A stretch of 64,000 nt of DNA from assembly GCF_009914755.1 (NCBI RefSeq), contig NC_060947.1. One strand, given 5' to 3'. The translations under genes and the position numbers were made by a program. The stretch's first letter is position 1. Each line of letters opens with the position of its first letter. This DNA is from the human T2T-CHM13v2.0 reference genome, Homo sapiens. Shown one piece after another: positions 48,353 to 64,000 of this stretch. The notes beneath the pieces are model-generated. The model searched no databases. It was given only the letters and a program-made list of their open reading frames with translations, and was not told the DNA's origin.

Positions 48353-50456
48353 TGAATGGTATTTTCTAATAGGTATCCTATACAGAACAAGCCATACCTG
48401 TAACAAGCTATCTATATCTGTATAAAACCTACTTGGCCACTACTAATTGTAATAGACTATTCCAGTACAAAACTCATTGAACCATGGGCATTCTTATGAA
48501 CCACAGATCAAACTTTCTAGAGAACCTATAAATAGTATGTAGTGCTGTATGCAAACTCACTGTCCCAGGAGCAAGCATCCTGATTACTAAGCAAGCTCAA
48601 GAGAAGAGGTGGGAGTATTCTTTCTGACATTGTTCTTGAACTGGTAAGAATAGCTGTGGATGAACTTAATATCCATAGTCCTCTTTTAATTCTGTGCCTG
48701 AAAGTATTTATTGAAATTGGAAGACTAAGGGAATCATCTTTCTGGTTATTAGCAGTACTGTTAACAATTGAATTTTTTTTTTAAATCTGTCTTTTAAAAT
48801 ATATTACCTATCCATGCCAAACTAAAATGGCAGGTGGATTGAACATTTCACTCAGCCCCAACTCCACCCCTTTCACTGCCAGCTTTTTCTTTCCTAGCAT
48901 AGTCAATGTCATTAGTACAGAGATTTCCTAGTATAACTACTTCTTGTCCCTTAAAACTGAGAAGGGTCAGTGATGGAAGAAATATAAAGGGTGGGAACTT
49001 TTGGAAGGAGTAAGGGAAAAATTGGTTGCATTGGATATGGTGGACAAGTTGGTAAAGACTTTAGTGTTACAGGTGGTGCTTAGTCATTGGATTAGTGAAA
49101 GATGGGTGAGCAGAATGAACAAGTAGCTTGATAAAACTAGTAGCTTTGTGAGTGAAAGCAAGTAGATTTGTCTGTATTTTGCAATGGGTATTTTATCTTT
49201 ATTAGCTTGGCTTAAGGGTTAAGGTTAATGATTGAGATCAGTCCTTTTTCCTTTAAGTGCACCTTACTGTGCCTATTATGTCCCAGATCATAGCCCTTAG
49301 CTGTTGACTTTTAACCTTTGCCTTATTTCCCAGCATAGTCCACAGTTATGTCTAGCAGTGCACACAAGGTTTAGTTGGGGAGGCGGGTGGTGAGTAAGCA
49401 TGCTCTGTGGTATCTACTGCGCTTCACAATTGGTTCTGATTTTGAACTTCCTGGTTCTCTCCAATCTCCAGTCACCCTTAAACACACACAGGTACCAGTT
49501 CCTATAAGAGGAGGTAGGTAAGGGAGCTGAGGCAAAGAGAGTGCTTTGGATGTATAGGATCTTCATAACTTGAGGACATCCTATACCCAGTAAATATTAA
49601 ATGTTAACAGTAAAACCTTGGGTGGTGTTGCCAGTTATCCTGCATTCCTATCAGTTCCTTGTTACCAACTTTTTTTTCAGGAATGAATGTGTTCACAGTA
49701 AGAAAGAAATATTATAGTGCTACATGTTACATGCAAAGAACGATAACACCATAACACCATAATGCTAACTAACGGTGGGCATTTGTTTTCAAAGTTCTTT
49801 TAAAAAGTTACTGTTTCAAACAATGAAAAGCAGTATTTTTATGCCCTTCATTTTAAGCTTTGACATAATTGATTACGGCATGGTAGCCAGGTCAGAAAAT
49901 GACCTTGCTTCTGAAAAAGCTGGAATCCCAGACACTGTTCACTGCATTTCAAAGAGTTATGGTCTTTGTTCCTAAGGGAAACCCCCTCAGGATATGAGCC
50001 ATTGCTGATTTGGGTTTCAGTGCCGTGTCAAAAAGTCTTAATCCCAGATTTTTTTTTTTCCTACAATTGTTTTATAGATTGTTGTCAGTTGCTTAGTTAG
50101 GCCACAGTACTGTATTGTGTTTTGTTTTTATTTTAGTATAACTGATTCATTTTTTTGGCCACAAGCCTCTAACTAGAAACACAATGTTTCTTTTTCTCTT
50201 TCCCTTCAAATGTGTTTTGTAGCAGTCACAGAGAGTGACTGCTTTGTCACTCTTTGTGACTACCTACCTAATCAAACCTCTATTGGCTTTCAAACTAATG
50301 GGAAAAATGTATTCCTAATAGCTGGGTAATTACAAAAAAATTAAATGATTAGTAATTACTGTTTAAGATGTAAATAAGATTGAACAATTTGTAATAATAG
50401 TAAAGGGCTTAAACTTGATCTACATAGTGTGTTCTGTAGGTAAGCATTCTAGATAA

Positions 50457-50793
<337 letters not shown>

Positions 50794-51264
50794 TGATATA
50801 TATTTCATTAGAAAAAGAATGTAGAAGTAGAAATTCAAGTACATAAAGCATAGAAATTAAATTTAGAAAATAAAGTACTTAATGGCAGATTTTACTGAAA
50901 TATATTTGAGTTTTTGTTATTCATGATATTGTAGGAAAACATGAATAATTAAAAGCTGTCAGTTACACAACAATCTCAGGTCAGTCATTAGTTTACCATC
51001 AAAACTTTTATCAAAGATAATAACAGTAGGTTTTCTTTAATTTTAAAAAATAAATAGTTTGGTTTGAGTTTTGTTCCTCTGCTCATCTTTGGTGATGAGC
51101 AGTGAACTCAAAAGAAGGAAAACAAGAAATCTTGAAGTCTGAGTAGTTCACTAATAGAATTTATCAATTTAAATTTTTAAAAAGGGGGGCTCACGACAGG
51201 TGCTTTAGAATGCTAGTTTTTATTTAGAAGTTACTGGCATTTACTTTTAAAAATTAGTACCCCA

Positions 51265-51545
51265 CCAGGTGTGGTGGCTCATGCCTGTAATCCCAGCTAC
51301 CCAGGAGGTTGAAGCAGGAAGACCCTTTGAGGCCAGGTACTTGAGACCACGCTGGCCAACATAGTGAAACCCTGTCTCTAACATTTTTTTTTTAAACTTA
51401 ACCAGGCATGGTGGTACTTGCCTGTAGTCCCAGCTAGGTGGGCGTAGAGGGGGATTACTGGAGCCCAAGAATTCAAGGCTATAGTGAGCCATAATCACAC
51501 CACTGCATTCCAGCCTGGGCAACAGAGTGAGACCCCGACTCTTAA
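51265..51545 (+). mobile_element. AluJ
   Basis: Diverged dimer directly followed by another Alu. Confidence 0.88.
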
Positions 51546-51555
51546 AACACACACA

Positions 51556-52390
<835 letters not shown>

Positions 52391-52449
52391 CCACCACACA
52401 CAGATTAGTACTCCATTTAATGTTTTAGGTAACTTACAAAACCATATTA

Positions 52450-52762
<313 letters not shown>

Positions 52763-55123
52763 TTAGCTTGATAAAGCTTCTGTAATACGGCCTGTAGCCC
52801 AACATCTTGTTTACTTTTTCAAAAGTAACAGTGATCTAGCATGATTGCATTAGATATTGATTTCTCTAGGCAGGCATAAATTTAGTTATCTGTTTCTGTC
52901 TTGATTTTACTGGAAATTACTTTAAGTCATTAATAGATTTGACTTTTATTCTAACCTACTTTAACAAATTGGGACATGGTGATATAGCTGCCTTACCTTG
53001 GTGTTATTGTTTTACTGCAGGTATTTATTGAATGGTTGTGAATGTGCAGAATAGAATGTTTTTAGTTTGGAATCCTTGAGTAGGCCCAGGAAAGTGGTTT
53101 TCTGTTTATGTCAGTAAATACATTATCAAGCTGTTCTTTTAGGAATATGGCATAAAGCTGCACTACATACATCATTTTTGAAAAATCAGGTTGTCATTTT
53201 AGATAAGATATAATTGTAAGAAGGTCCACTTGAAGTTTTGTAATTACCCTGTATGTGAACAGATGTATATTTCACAACAAAGTTTCCTTTGATTTCATTA
53301 AAGATCATTTACAAATATTGCCACAAAACCTTTCAAAAAACATAGGGCCATTGTGCCAAATTTTCTCACTATTTCTATTAATATCATTGATAAAATAATT
53401 ATTAGTTAATTTTAGATGTAATCTGCTATGCTTTCATAGTATTTAAAATTTAAATGTCCTTTCAAAAGGTAATAAAAGTAATAATTCACATCTTGAAGAT
53501 TCAGTTAATATCCTATTGGATAATTGTCATAACTATTCTCAGCTTTTTGTGAATGTTGTTAATAAACCAGTATTGCTTTGCATCCAAGGAAATTCGAGTG
53601 ATTTCTATTTTCTGCTGCCTAGTTACCTGAGATTTTGGGATGTACTAGGAAAATCAGACTAATTTATGATTGCCTAGCACTTATTTTTTTCCTGCTGTTT
53701 TTAGACTTTTCAGGTTTAGTTGGTATTATCACTTTTGGTAGTAGTCAACTTAAAATTATTAGTAGTCAACTTAAAATAGGACTGTGAGAATGAGAGTGGT
53801 ACTGTTACAAATTATTTAGGTTTGAAAGGCCAGCAGATGATTTTTCTCTTAGATGCCATTTCTTCAATTTGAGTAGCACTGTCTTTAGGTTGAAGGTGCT
53901 TATATACATTTCAACTCCAGTGTACAGTATTACATACCACATTTTAAAAGCTGTGCACTTAAAGCAAGATTTAAGAACAAAGGAGAACAGTCTCTTGTTC
54001 TCTAAACTTGAAGTGTTTTTAATTTTTGGTTCAACCTAGGGTTAGTTTTGTTTGTTTTTATTTTTGTTTTTTGCTTCATTTTTTGTTGTCATCATTTTTC
54101 TGCCTGGCCTCAGTGGGCCCAAGAAAGAGTTCTTGTTAAGTGTTTCCTGAGGACCAGACACGTGATTCCCTGTTTAGACTTAGCACTTCAGTGTCGGTCT
54201 TAGTTTGCTATCAAATCTTACTGTTTCAACTTGCTGGACTTTAGAAATCAAAACTCTTTAATTAGTTGCTTACTTTAATGACTGGCTAAGTCCTTATCTA
54301 TGCTCATACCCTGTTCACCTCAAGGACCTTAGAATCCTAGCGCCTTCTTTGTACAGGCAAGCTATTCTTTGCTTTGCTTGATTCAGTTCCTTGGTGCACT
54401 GCTTAAGCTCATCTTACTTTTATATTTTCTTTATAACAAAGGATAGAGGGGGATAAAAACAAAATCAAGCTGTAGGGTAATTTCCTGGTGAACCTTTTGT
54501 AGTCACTTTCATGTAAGAAAAATGTTTCCCAAGCAACCAGCTTTATTCTAGCTGACTCACTTTGTACTCCCTCCTTCCATGTCATTGCTCCTTTTTACCT
54601 CTTTAGGAGTCTGTTAGGAATTTTGCAACCTGACAAAAGGCTTCTGCAGAGCCAACCACCTTTTTTTTTCCTCAGGGCCTGAAAAAAAAGTGAGTCTTCC
54701 TACTGACAGGAAAATAAAAAGAGACCTTGTTAGTCAATTTTTTTCTGTATGTTCAATTGTTCTGGTATATTCTTTTCCTTGAGTATAAAGAAAAGTCTGA
54801 AAATAATGGTAAAAGTGTGAGATTGCTCTGATATTTCCTTTTTGTACTTTAGGAGGTGGTTCTTTGAGTTCCTAGTTGTTTAGTTGAACATGAAGCAGGT
54901 GGCAAATGTAAGTTTAGTCTACACACTGATTCCTTCCTGTTCGCAGAAGGGTTCATGTGTTCGTTTTTAAATAATCTTCGGGTAAGGAATAGAGAAACAC
55001 CAAGCCCAAGAGGCAGAAGGATCTGTCTATAGCTAATGAGTGAGAAACTAACTGTGGGATGGTTTATGGTCTCTGGCTCTTTGAAACCACAGAAATTTAA
55101 AGTTATTTTTAAAAAGCCAACTT

Positions 55124-55427
55124 GACTGGGCACAGTGGCTCATGCCTGTAATCCCGAGGCAGGCGGGGGGCCAAGGCAGACAGATTTCTTGAGCCCAAGA
55201 GTTCAAGAACAGCCTGGGCAATATGGTGAAACCCCATCTTCTCAAAAAAATTAAAAAATTAAAAAAAAATTAGCCATATGTGGTGGTGCATGCCTGTAGT
55301 CCCAGCTACTCTGGAGGCTAAGGTGGGAGGATCACTTGAGCCTGAGAGGCGAAGGTTGCAATGACCTGAGATCATGCCACACTGCACTACAGTCTGGGAA
55401 ACAGAGACCTTGTCTCAAAAAAAAATA
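55124..55427 (+). mobile_element. AluJ
   Basis: Full dimer. Confidence 0.88.
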
Positions 55428-56450
55428 ATAACTACACCTAAGCACTTACACCATTATTTTAAGTCCTGATTACTTTAAGGCCATACCACATGAGTGCTGA
55501 AGATCTGAGTTTAAAATTGGAAAAGGTGTTCCTATAATTGCCTGGAGAAAAACCAATAATTGCCCAGAGAAAAACCACTTGCAGAAGCTATGAAAAACCA
55601 AGTTAGATTCCTACTAGTCAGCCACGTCAGTAGCTGATTTCAAAATATGAGTTTTGCAGTAAGCCAGGCAAGACAGTACAAGTAGCTTCTATTTGGGGAA
55701 TCTAATCTATATAGGTTCTTAATACATACTTGCATTGATTGCCATTCAAATCTAGGAGCTATTAGTGCTTCAGCTGTGGGAAAATTGTGAGATTATGCAT
55801 TGACAGAATTGAGAAGCAAATTCTACTTCACGTTGCAGAAGGCTCATCAGATTTTAGATTGATATAGAAATAATATAACGAATATTTCTACTACGCTTTT
55901 TGTAAAGTGAGGAGACTGTTCTAAAGTGACTTTGTATATGTAATAACTGAATCCCTTTTTAATGACAAAATAATTTTAATTGATATTTATCTAGAAAGTT
56001 GGTTGTTGATGGTTATTTGACCTATACAGGTTAACCTCATTTTGAACATGTTGACTGAGGACAGTTTCAGTGATTATAAGTCAAATCACATATCTAGAGA
56101 TTTTGTCAATGTATTACAGTAGCCATCTTGGTTTTGTGGGGCAATCTAAGCCAAAAAATAATGAAGCTGTTTATATACCTTCCTGCTTTTTGCTGAGCAT
56201 TTTTGATAAATGTACATAATACCATACATGTAGTATTTGCATTTAAGCCTATTCAGTGCATGCACTGTCTGGAAGAGCTCTGACTAAATAGACACGTGCA
56301 AATTTTTTCCCCATTCAGTGAACACTATTAAAAAATCAGATGAATATTTATACAGTGGCATTGGCCATGCAATTCTTCCTGCTTTGTCCCTTTATCACAC
56401 ACTAACAGAACGTAGGATTAATTATCCACCTAATTAACTTGGGGGTGGGG

Positions 56451-56590
56451 TAGAGTTGCTGGATAAAGTACAAGACACTCAGTTCAATTCCAATTTCAGA
56501 TAAACATACTAAAAATGTATTCATTGTTTATCTGAAATTGGAATTGAACTGGGCATCCTTTATTTTTAGTTGCTAAATCTGGCAACCCTA
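56451..56590. mobile_element. MER53 palindromic hAT MITE, internally deleted
   Basis: TAGAGTTGCTGGATAAA ... TTGCTAAATCTGGCAACCCTA termini; flanking GGTGGGG duplication; 27-bp perfect internal inverted repeat. Confidence 0.85.
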
Positions 56591-56786
56591 GGTGGGGAAG
56601 AGGCAGGAGACTAGTAGATATAGGCACAGTTGTGAGATTTAAATACACCATGCAATGACAAGAGTAACCTTTACTCTCACGGGAATACTAAGTGTTTTTT
56701 AGCGCAATGCTATTTATTTTAGTGTCCAATGCTTTTTTCTTTTTTTTTGAAAATGCATCAATGCTCAAAGCTCAAAAATAGTAAAA

Positions 56787-57105
56787 CGTGGCTCACACTT
56801 ATAATCCCAGCACTTTGGGAGGCAGAGAGGCAGGCAGATCACCTGAGGTCAGGAGTTCAAGACCAGTCTGGTCAACATGGTGAAACCCTGTCTCTACTAA
56901 AAAAAAATACAAAAGTTAGCCGGGCGTGGTGGCAGGCACTTGCAATCCCAGCTACTTCGGAGGCTGAGGCAGGAGAATTGCTTGAACCGGGAGGTGGAGG
57001 TTGCAGTGAGCCAAGATCGTGCCGTTGTACTCCAGCCTGGGAGATAAGAGTGAAACTCCGTCTCAAAAAAAAAAAAAAAAAGGGAGAAAAAAGAAAAAAA
57101 TAGAA
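56787..57105 (+). mobile_element. AluS
   Basis: Dimer lacking its first ~10 nt. Confidence 0.9.
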
Positions 57106-58399
57106 AAATGTAACAACATATTGTTTAGGGATACATGCACGTATGATGAACTGTTTTTGAAAACAAAAAATTAAGGGAACAATAAGCGAAATCTGGGATA
57201 GTGGTTACCTCTAAGGGAGCAGCAAGCAGATGGAATAAAGCACATAGTAGCTGCACTGGTATTAATGCTAATTCTCAGTTAATGTGGTAAGTGACAGGAT
57301 GTATTTTTTTATGCTTCATAATTACGTGTACACATTGCACATATCAAATACAGAATAGCATTTTAAAAGATAAGTTAAAACAGACTTCAATAAGAAAATT
57401 AGCCTATGTGCAAAATTTAACTGTATATACTTTCTAAAATAAATCCAAAATCCAAAAAGTAAGGTCAAAAGGCATTCTGAAATTTTACCAGTTTGCTAAA
57501 GATCATATTGAGTAATTAATAGATTCTAGAATGATTACTTATCTGCTGTAATACATCTAAAATAATTAAACTCTTTGGTTTGTGAAAATTTCATTTTTAT
57601 TACTTGATGTCTACAGTGGTGAATCTTCAGTTTTTGTCTTTACTTGGAAAGATTACTGATTGTTCAGATATATTATATGCCAAATTAAAGGAAAGAAAAA
57701 CAGCAGGTAGAGCATGCATTAAGTGATTAATTCAAATGAGCTAGGCCTAAACTTTAGGATTCCTGGAACAAAAAATCAGAAATCTCTGTTTTCCTTGATT
57801 AATTTTTAAAAGTTAGATTTCTAACTCCTCGTTTGTAAAAACTATTATGACAGTCTACAATATCCATCAGTAAGCAGAAAAATTCATCTTTAGCAAGTGC
57901 CAGTTTAGAGCATTAAGCTGAAGTTAGTGTTTAGTGTAAATTTATTTAGTGTTTTAAAGCACTTCTAGCTCTCTGTAGTCTTATATAATTTTGTCTTGTA
58001 GAAATAGCTGGAGGGTCTATTCCAGAAAGCCTATCCAAATATGTCCTCTTCTCCCACTTACATACACACTTAGGTGCCCCTCCTCTGTGCTTCAAGGTTA
58101 TCATGTGCTTGTGTCTCTCATTGCAATTGTTACCTTATATTGAAATTATGTGTTATATTTTCCTCAGCTTATCAGATTGTGACCTTTCTGTGGGCAAGGG
58201 CTGGATCTTTCTCACCCTTTGTATTTCAATGCCTGAAAGTGCCTGGCACATGGTAGATAACCAATAAGGATTTGTTGACTGAATGAAGGGGCCTAAAGAC
58301 TCAACTAATACAGCTCCTTCATTTTACAGGTGTGGAAACTGAGGTTTAAAGAGATTGTGGCTTTAGAAATAGAAACAAGACCACAGAGATTGTCTGTTC

Positions 58400-60080
<1,681 letters not shown>

Positions 60081-60478
60081 AAATATTTCTTCTGACATGT
60101 CACCATGAAGATGCAATCAACAAAATTCAGACATGAGAAATTCTACAGGATGAGCAACCTACTTTCTTCAACACATGAATTGCAAGAAATAAGAGAGATT
60201 GAAGGGGAACCTGCTGATTTATCGAAAGAGACATATCAACTGATTGTAATATATGGACCGTATTTGATTGATATAAACCAAACGTACAAAAATTTGGGCA
60301 GTCTGGGAAGTCTGAATGTTATATAACAGCATGTTATATATAATATATATAATCTATTAATGTATATAATAAGGAATTGTTAAATTTTATAGTAGTGTTG
60401 TGGTTATGTTTTAAAGAGAAATCTTTGTCCTTTTTAGATGCATACTGAAATATTTATGGTTAAAAATGAAATGGTTTC

Positions 60479-60763
60479 GGCCGGGCGCAGTGGCTCACGC
60501 CTGTAATCCCAGCACTTTGGGAGACCGAGGCGGGCAGATGACGAGGTCAGGAGATGGAGACCACGGTGAAACCCCGTCTCTACTAAAAATGCAAAAAAAT
60601 TAGCTGGGCGCAGTGGCGGGCGCCCGTAGTCCCAGCTACTCAGGAGGCTGAGGCAGGAGAATGGCGTGAACCTGGAAGGCGGAGCTTGCGGTAAGCCGAG
60701 ATCACGCCACTGCACCCCAGCCTGGGCAACAGAGCAAGACTCCGTCTCAAAAAAAAAAAAAAA
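60479..60763 (+). mobile_element. AluY of the Yd-like lineage (12-bp left-arm deletion)
   Basis: GAGACCACGGTGAAACC, GGGCGCAGTGGCGGG, GGAAGGCGGAG; TSD AAAAATGAAATGGTTTC. Confidence 0.85.
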
Positions 60764-62352
60764 TGAAATGGTTTCTGGGATTTGCTTCAAAATAATCTGG
60801 CAGAGGGGTGGAAGAGGAGTACTGATATTTTTATCATTGTTGAACATGATCAACATGTTGTATATTTGGGTTTATAATATTATTCTCCCAATTTTGTATA
60901 TATTTGAAATAGCCATAAGTAAATGTTGGAAAAACTCCCCCTAAATATTTATTGTCACATAGATTTTTACTGGCAGATTTGGGACTAAAACTCAGGTCTC
61001 CTGATTCTGCTCTTTTTTTGTGTGTGTGTAGCTAAAATTATAGCTCTTGTACTTTCAGATTGATGTCATGTTGTCCTTTCAGTCTCTGGGACCCCCAAGC
61101 TTTCCCTGAGAAATTTGTGGTAGTACTTGTAGATAAATTAAGGCCTTACTAAAGGGTCACAGTTTCACTTGACTGGCTACCTACCTATGTGAAACCATAA
61201 GGGACATTAGACTTACTAGTGTAGAGAGGCTGCATGGGTTATTAGAACCAGCAAAGAAACTTGGGTCCTAGTCTTCACTAGGCCTTAGCATAAGTTCTAA
61301 GATGGCAGGGACCATGTCTGTTTTGTTCACTACTTTATACTCAATACCTGGGACCATGCCAGGTACATGGAAACAATCAGTAAATGTTGAATTAATGGAT
61401 TAATTTAACCGATGGCATAATTTCCCTCACATGTAAAATGAGACAGTTGATCTAAATGATTCTTAAGTTTCCTTCAAACACTGAAAAAAAAAGTACTCTT
61501 GCCTTCTGACTGATTTTTTTAAAATCCTTTTAGGATTTTGAAAAGGATTACTGTAAATTTCTTTAACACTAGGTGACATCAGTAGGTAATATGCTCACTT
61601 TGAATAACTGTTATAGAAAAACCACAGTTGCTATATTGCATCAAAATCTCTTTAAAAATAGACTACTGTTATATATTTTCTGTTAGATTGGTATTTATTT
61701 CTATAAAGTACATGCATACTGTTCTCAACATACTAAATTAGAGAGTCAGGTTTAGCAAGTTCCAAAGTGTAGCCATCTAAGAAGGTTACTAAAATGTTCC
61801 CTTTGCTTGCATACTTGTGCTTTTTGCTTCAGTTGTATTGAATGCAGTACTATTATGTCAGAGTTTATAAAGGATTTGACATTTTGCTTCCCAAGGAAAA
61901 ATCAGTGGGCAACTTTTGGTTAAGTGGCAGTTATTGTCATCGCATCAGTGACTAGGCTCCTATCATTGGGAGTAATGACCTTATTATGAAATTTTGCTTC
62001 AGGTATCTGTAGGTTATCGCTGAATCAGGTCAGAGTTTGTAAAAGAAAACTAATTCCTATACCGTTTTATAAAATCACCAGAACAGTGTTTTGAAGCCAC
62101 ATACATGTTTTGAAATAGTGACTATATATATATATATATATATACTTCTTGAGGACCTTTCCGCATTCCTCCAGCTCCTTCTGAAGCCTTGTCTTGGCTG
62201 ATACATGGATGTTGATGACCTCTCTTGTTGCTTCTCCCAGCAGTGTTTACCAAGGGCCTTTGGGAAAGGTTTGCATGACATCACAGGGCAGCTAGAGGGG
62301 AGAAGTGTTGGGAGACTGGAAAGGCCTCTGTGTGATGCCACTAATCATATGA

Positions 62353-62724
<372 letters not shown>

Positions 62725-62811
62725 TAGGGACTGGAGAAAGCATGTAATAAACTATTTTATATTCAGACATGAGCTTTGTTAATATAAACTAAATGTTAGC
62801 TAGTGTACTAG

Positions 62812-63429
<618 letters not shown>

Positions 63430-63744
63430 GAAAATAACTTTCTAATAGAAAACAGGATATAATGCATTAAAATGTTCTATTTATATTGAAAGTTGCTGAA
63501 GTACTAATCTTAAAATTGCCTTTATATTCAAAACCTAAGTGGAAGACACACTAAATAATTTTAGTATTTGATCTGTAAGCCATGTGGGTTTTTTAGTAGA
63601 ATATCAGTACTTATTTGAATCAGAATTTATTTTGAAGCTGTTTCAGACGTTGCTTTTTGTGTTTAAATTCATTGGCAGCATTGATAGACACTGTCTTCAA
63701 TTTCAGAAACTATGCTGCAAAATCAAAATTTTGCTGTTTTTGAC

Positions 63745-63917
63745 ATTAGTCTAGGCAATGATATTTTGGATTTAACCCCAAAAGCACAGGCAACAAAAGC
63801 AAAAATACACAAATGAGATTGTGTCAGACTAAAATTGGTCTGATAAAATTGCACAGCAAAGGAAACAACAGTGAAAAGACAACCTACAGATTGGGAGAAA
63901 ATATTTGCAAAACATAT
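63745..63917 (+). mobile_element. L1M ORF2 fragment
   Basis: CCCAAAAGCACAGGCAACAAAAGCAAAAATA ... GACAACCTACAGA.TGGGAGAAAATATTTGCAAA. Confidence 0.85.
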
Positions 63918-64000
63918 GGTTTAGATGTTTTGTGCCCTCCAATTCTTATGTTGAAATGTGACCTTCAGTATTGGAGGTAGGCCTAGTGGGAGGTGTTTCA
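63915..64000 (+). mobile_element. MSTB-like MaLR LTR 5' part
   Basis: TATGGTTTAGATGTTTTGT.CCCTCCAA.TCTTATGTTGAAATGTGACC. Confidence 0.75.

Noticed and set aside
53740-55577. Short tandem duplications (AGTAGTCAACTTAAAAT x2 at ~53740-53777; ATAATTGCC..GAGAAAAA(A)CCA x2 at ~55533-55577; also AAGTCATCTATGG x2 at ~9452-9483)
   Set aside because: Ordinary slippage duplications with no further structure.

Overview
Primate (almost certainly human) genomic DNA, dominated by interspersed repeats: about 40 Alu copies, plus L1/L2/L3/MIR fragments, MaLR/ERVL/ERV1 solo LTRs and hAT/TcMar/MULE DNA-transposon fossils. The only protein-coding sequence I can support is the first coding exon of WDR44 (Rab11 effector, rabphilin-11). 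It lies in a CpG-island promoter (~39.3-40.6 kb), has its ATG at 40161, encodes MASESDTEEFYDAPEDVHLGGGYPV(G) with an N-terminal FFAT motif, and has a GT donor at 40238. The rest of the window is intron 1, and the first ~39 kb is upstream intergenic DNA. Nearly all ORFs in the supplied track are Alu-derived or chance ORFs. I found no convincing novel multi-gene system. The unusual signals are genome-dynamics fossils: (1) a ~0.53-kb local templated duplication inserted into an Alu, with one homologous and one microhomology junction; (2) an L1 3' transduction; (3) a Ricksha MULE transposon retaining a readable transposase remnant; (4) a nested inverted-repeat/microsatellite palindrome; (5) a MER53 hairpin whose arms appear to have co-varied. 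Repeat subfamily names are from recalled consensus features, not from a database search. Boundaries are approximate unless a TSD is quoted.
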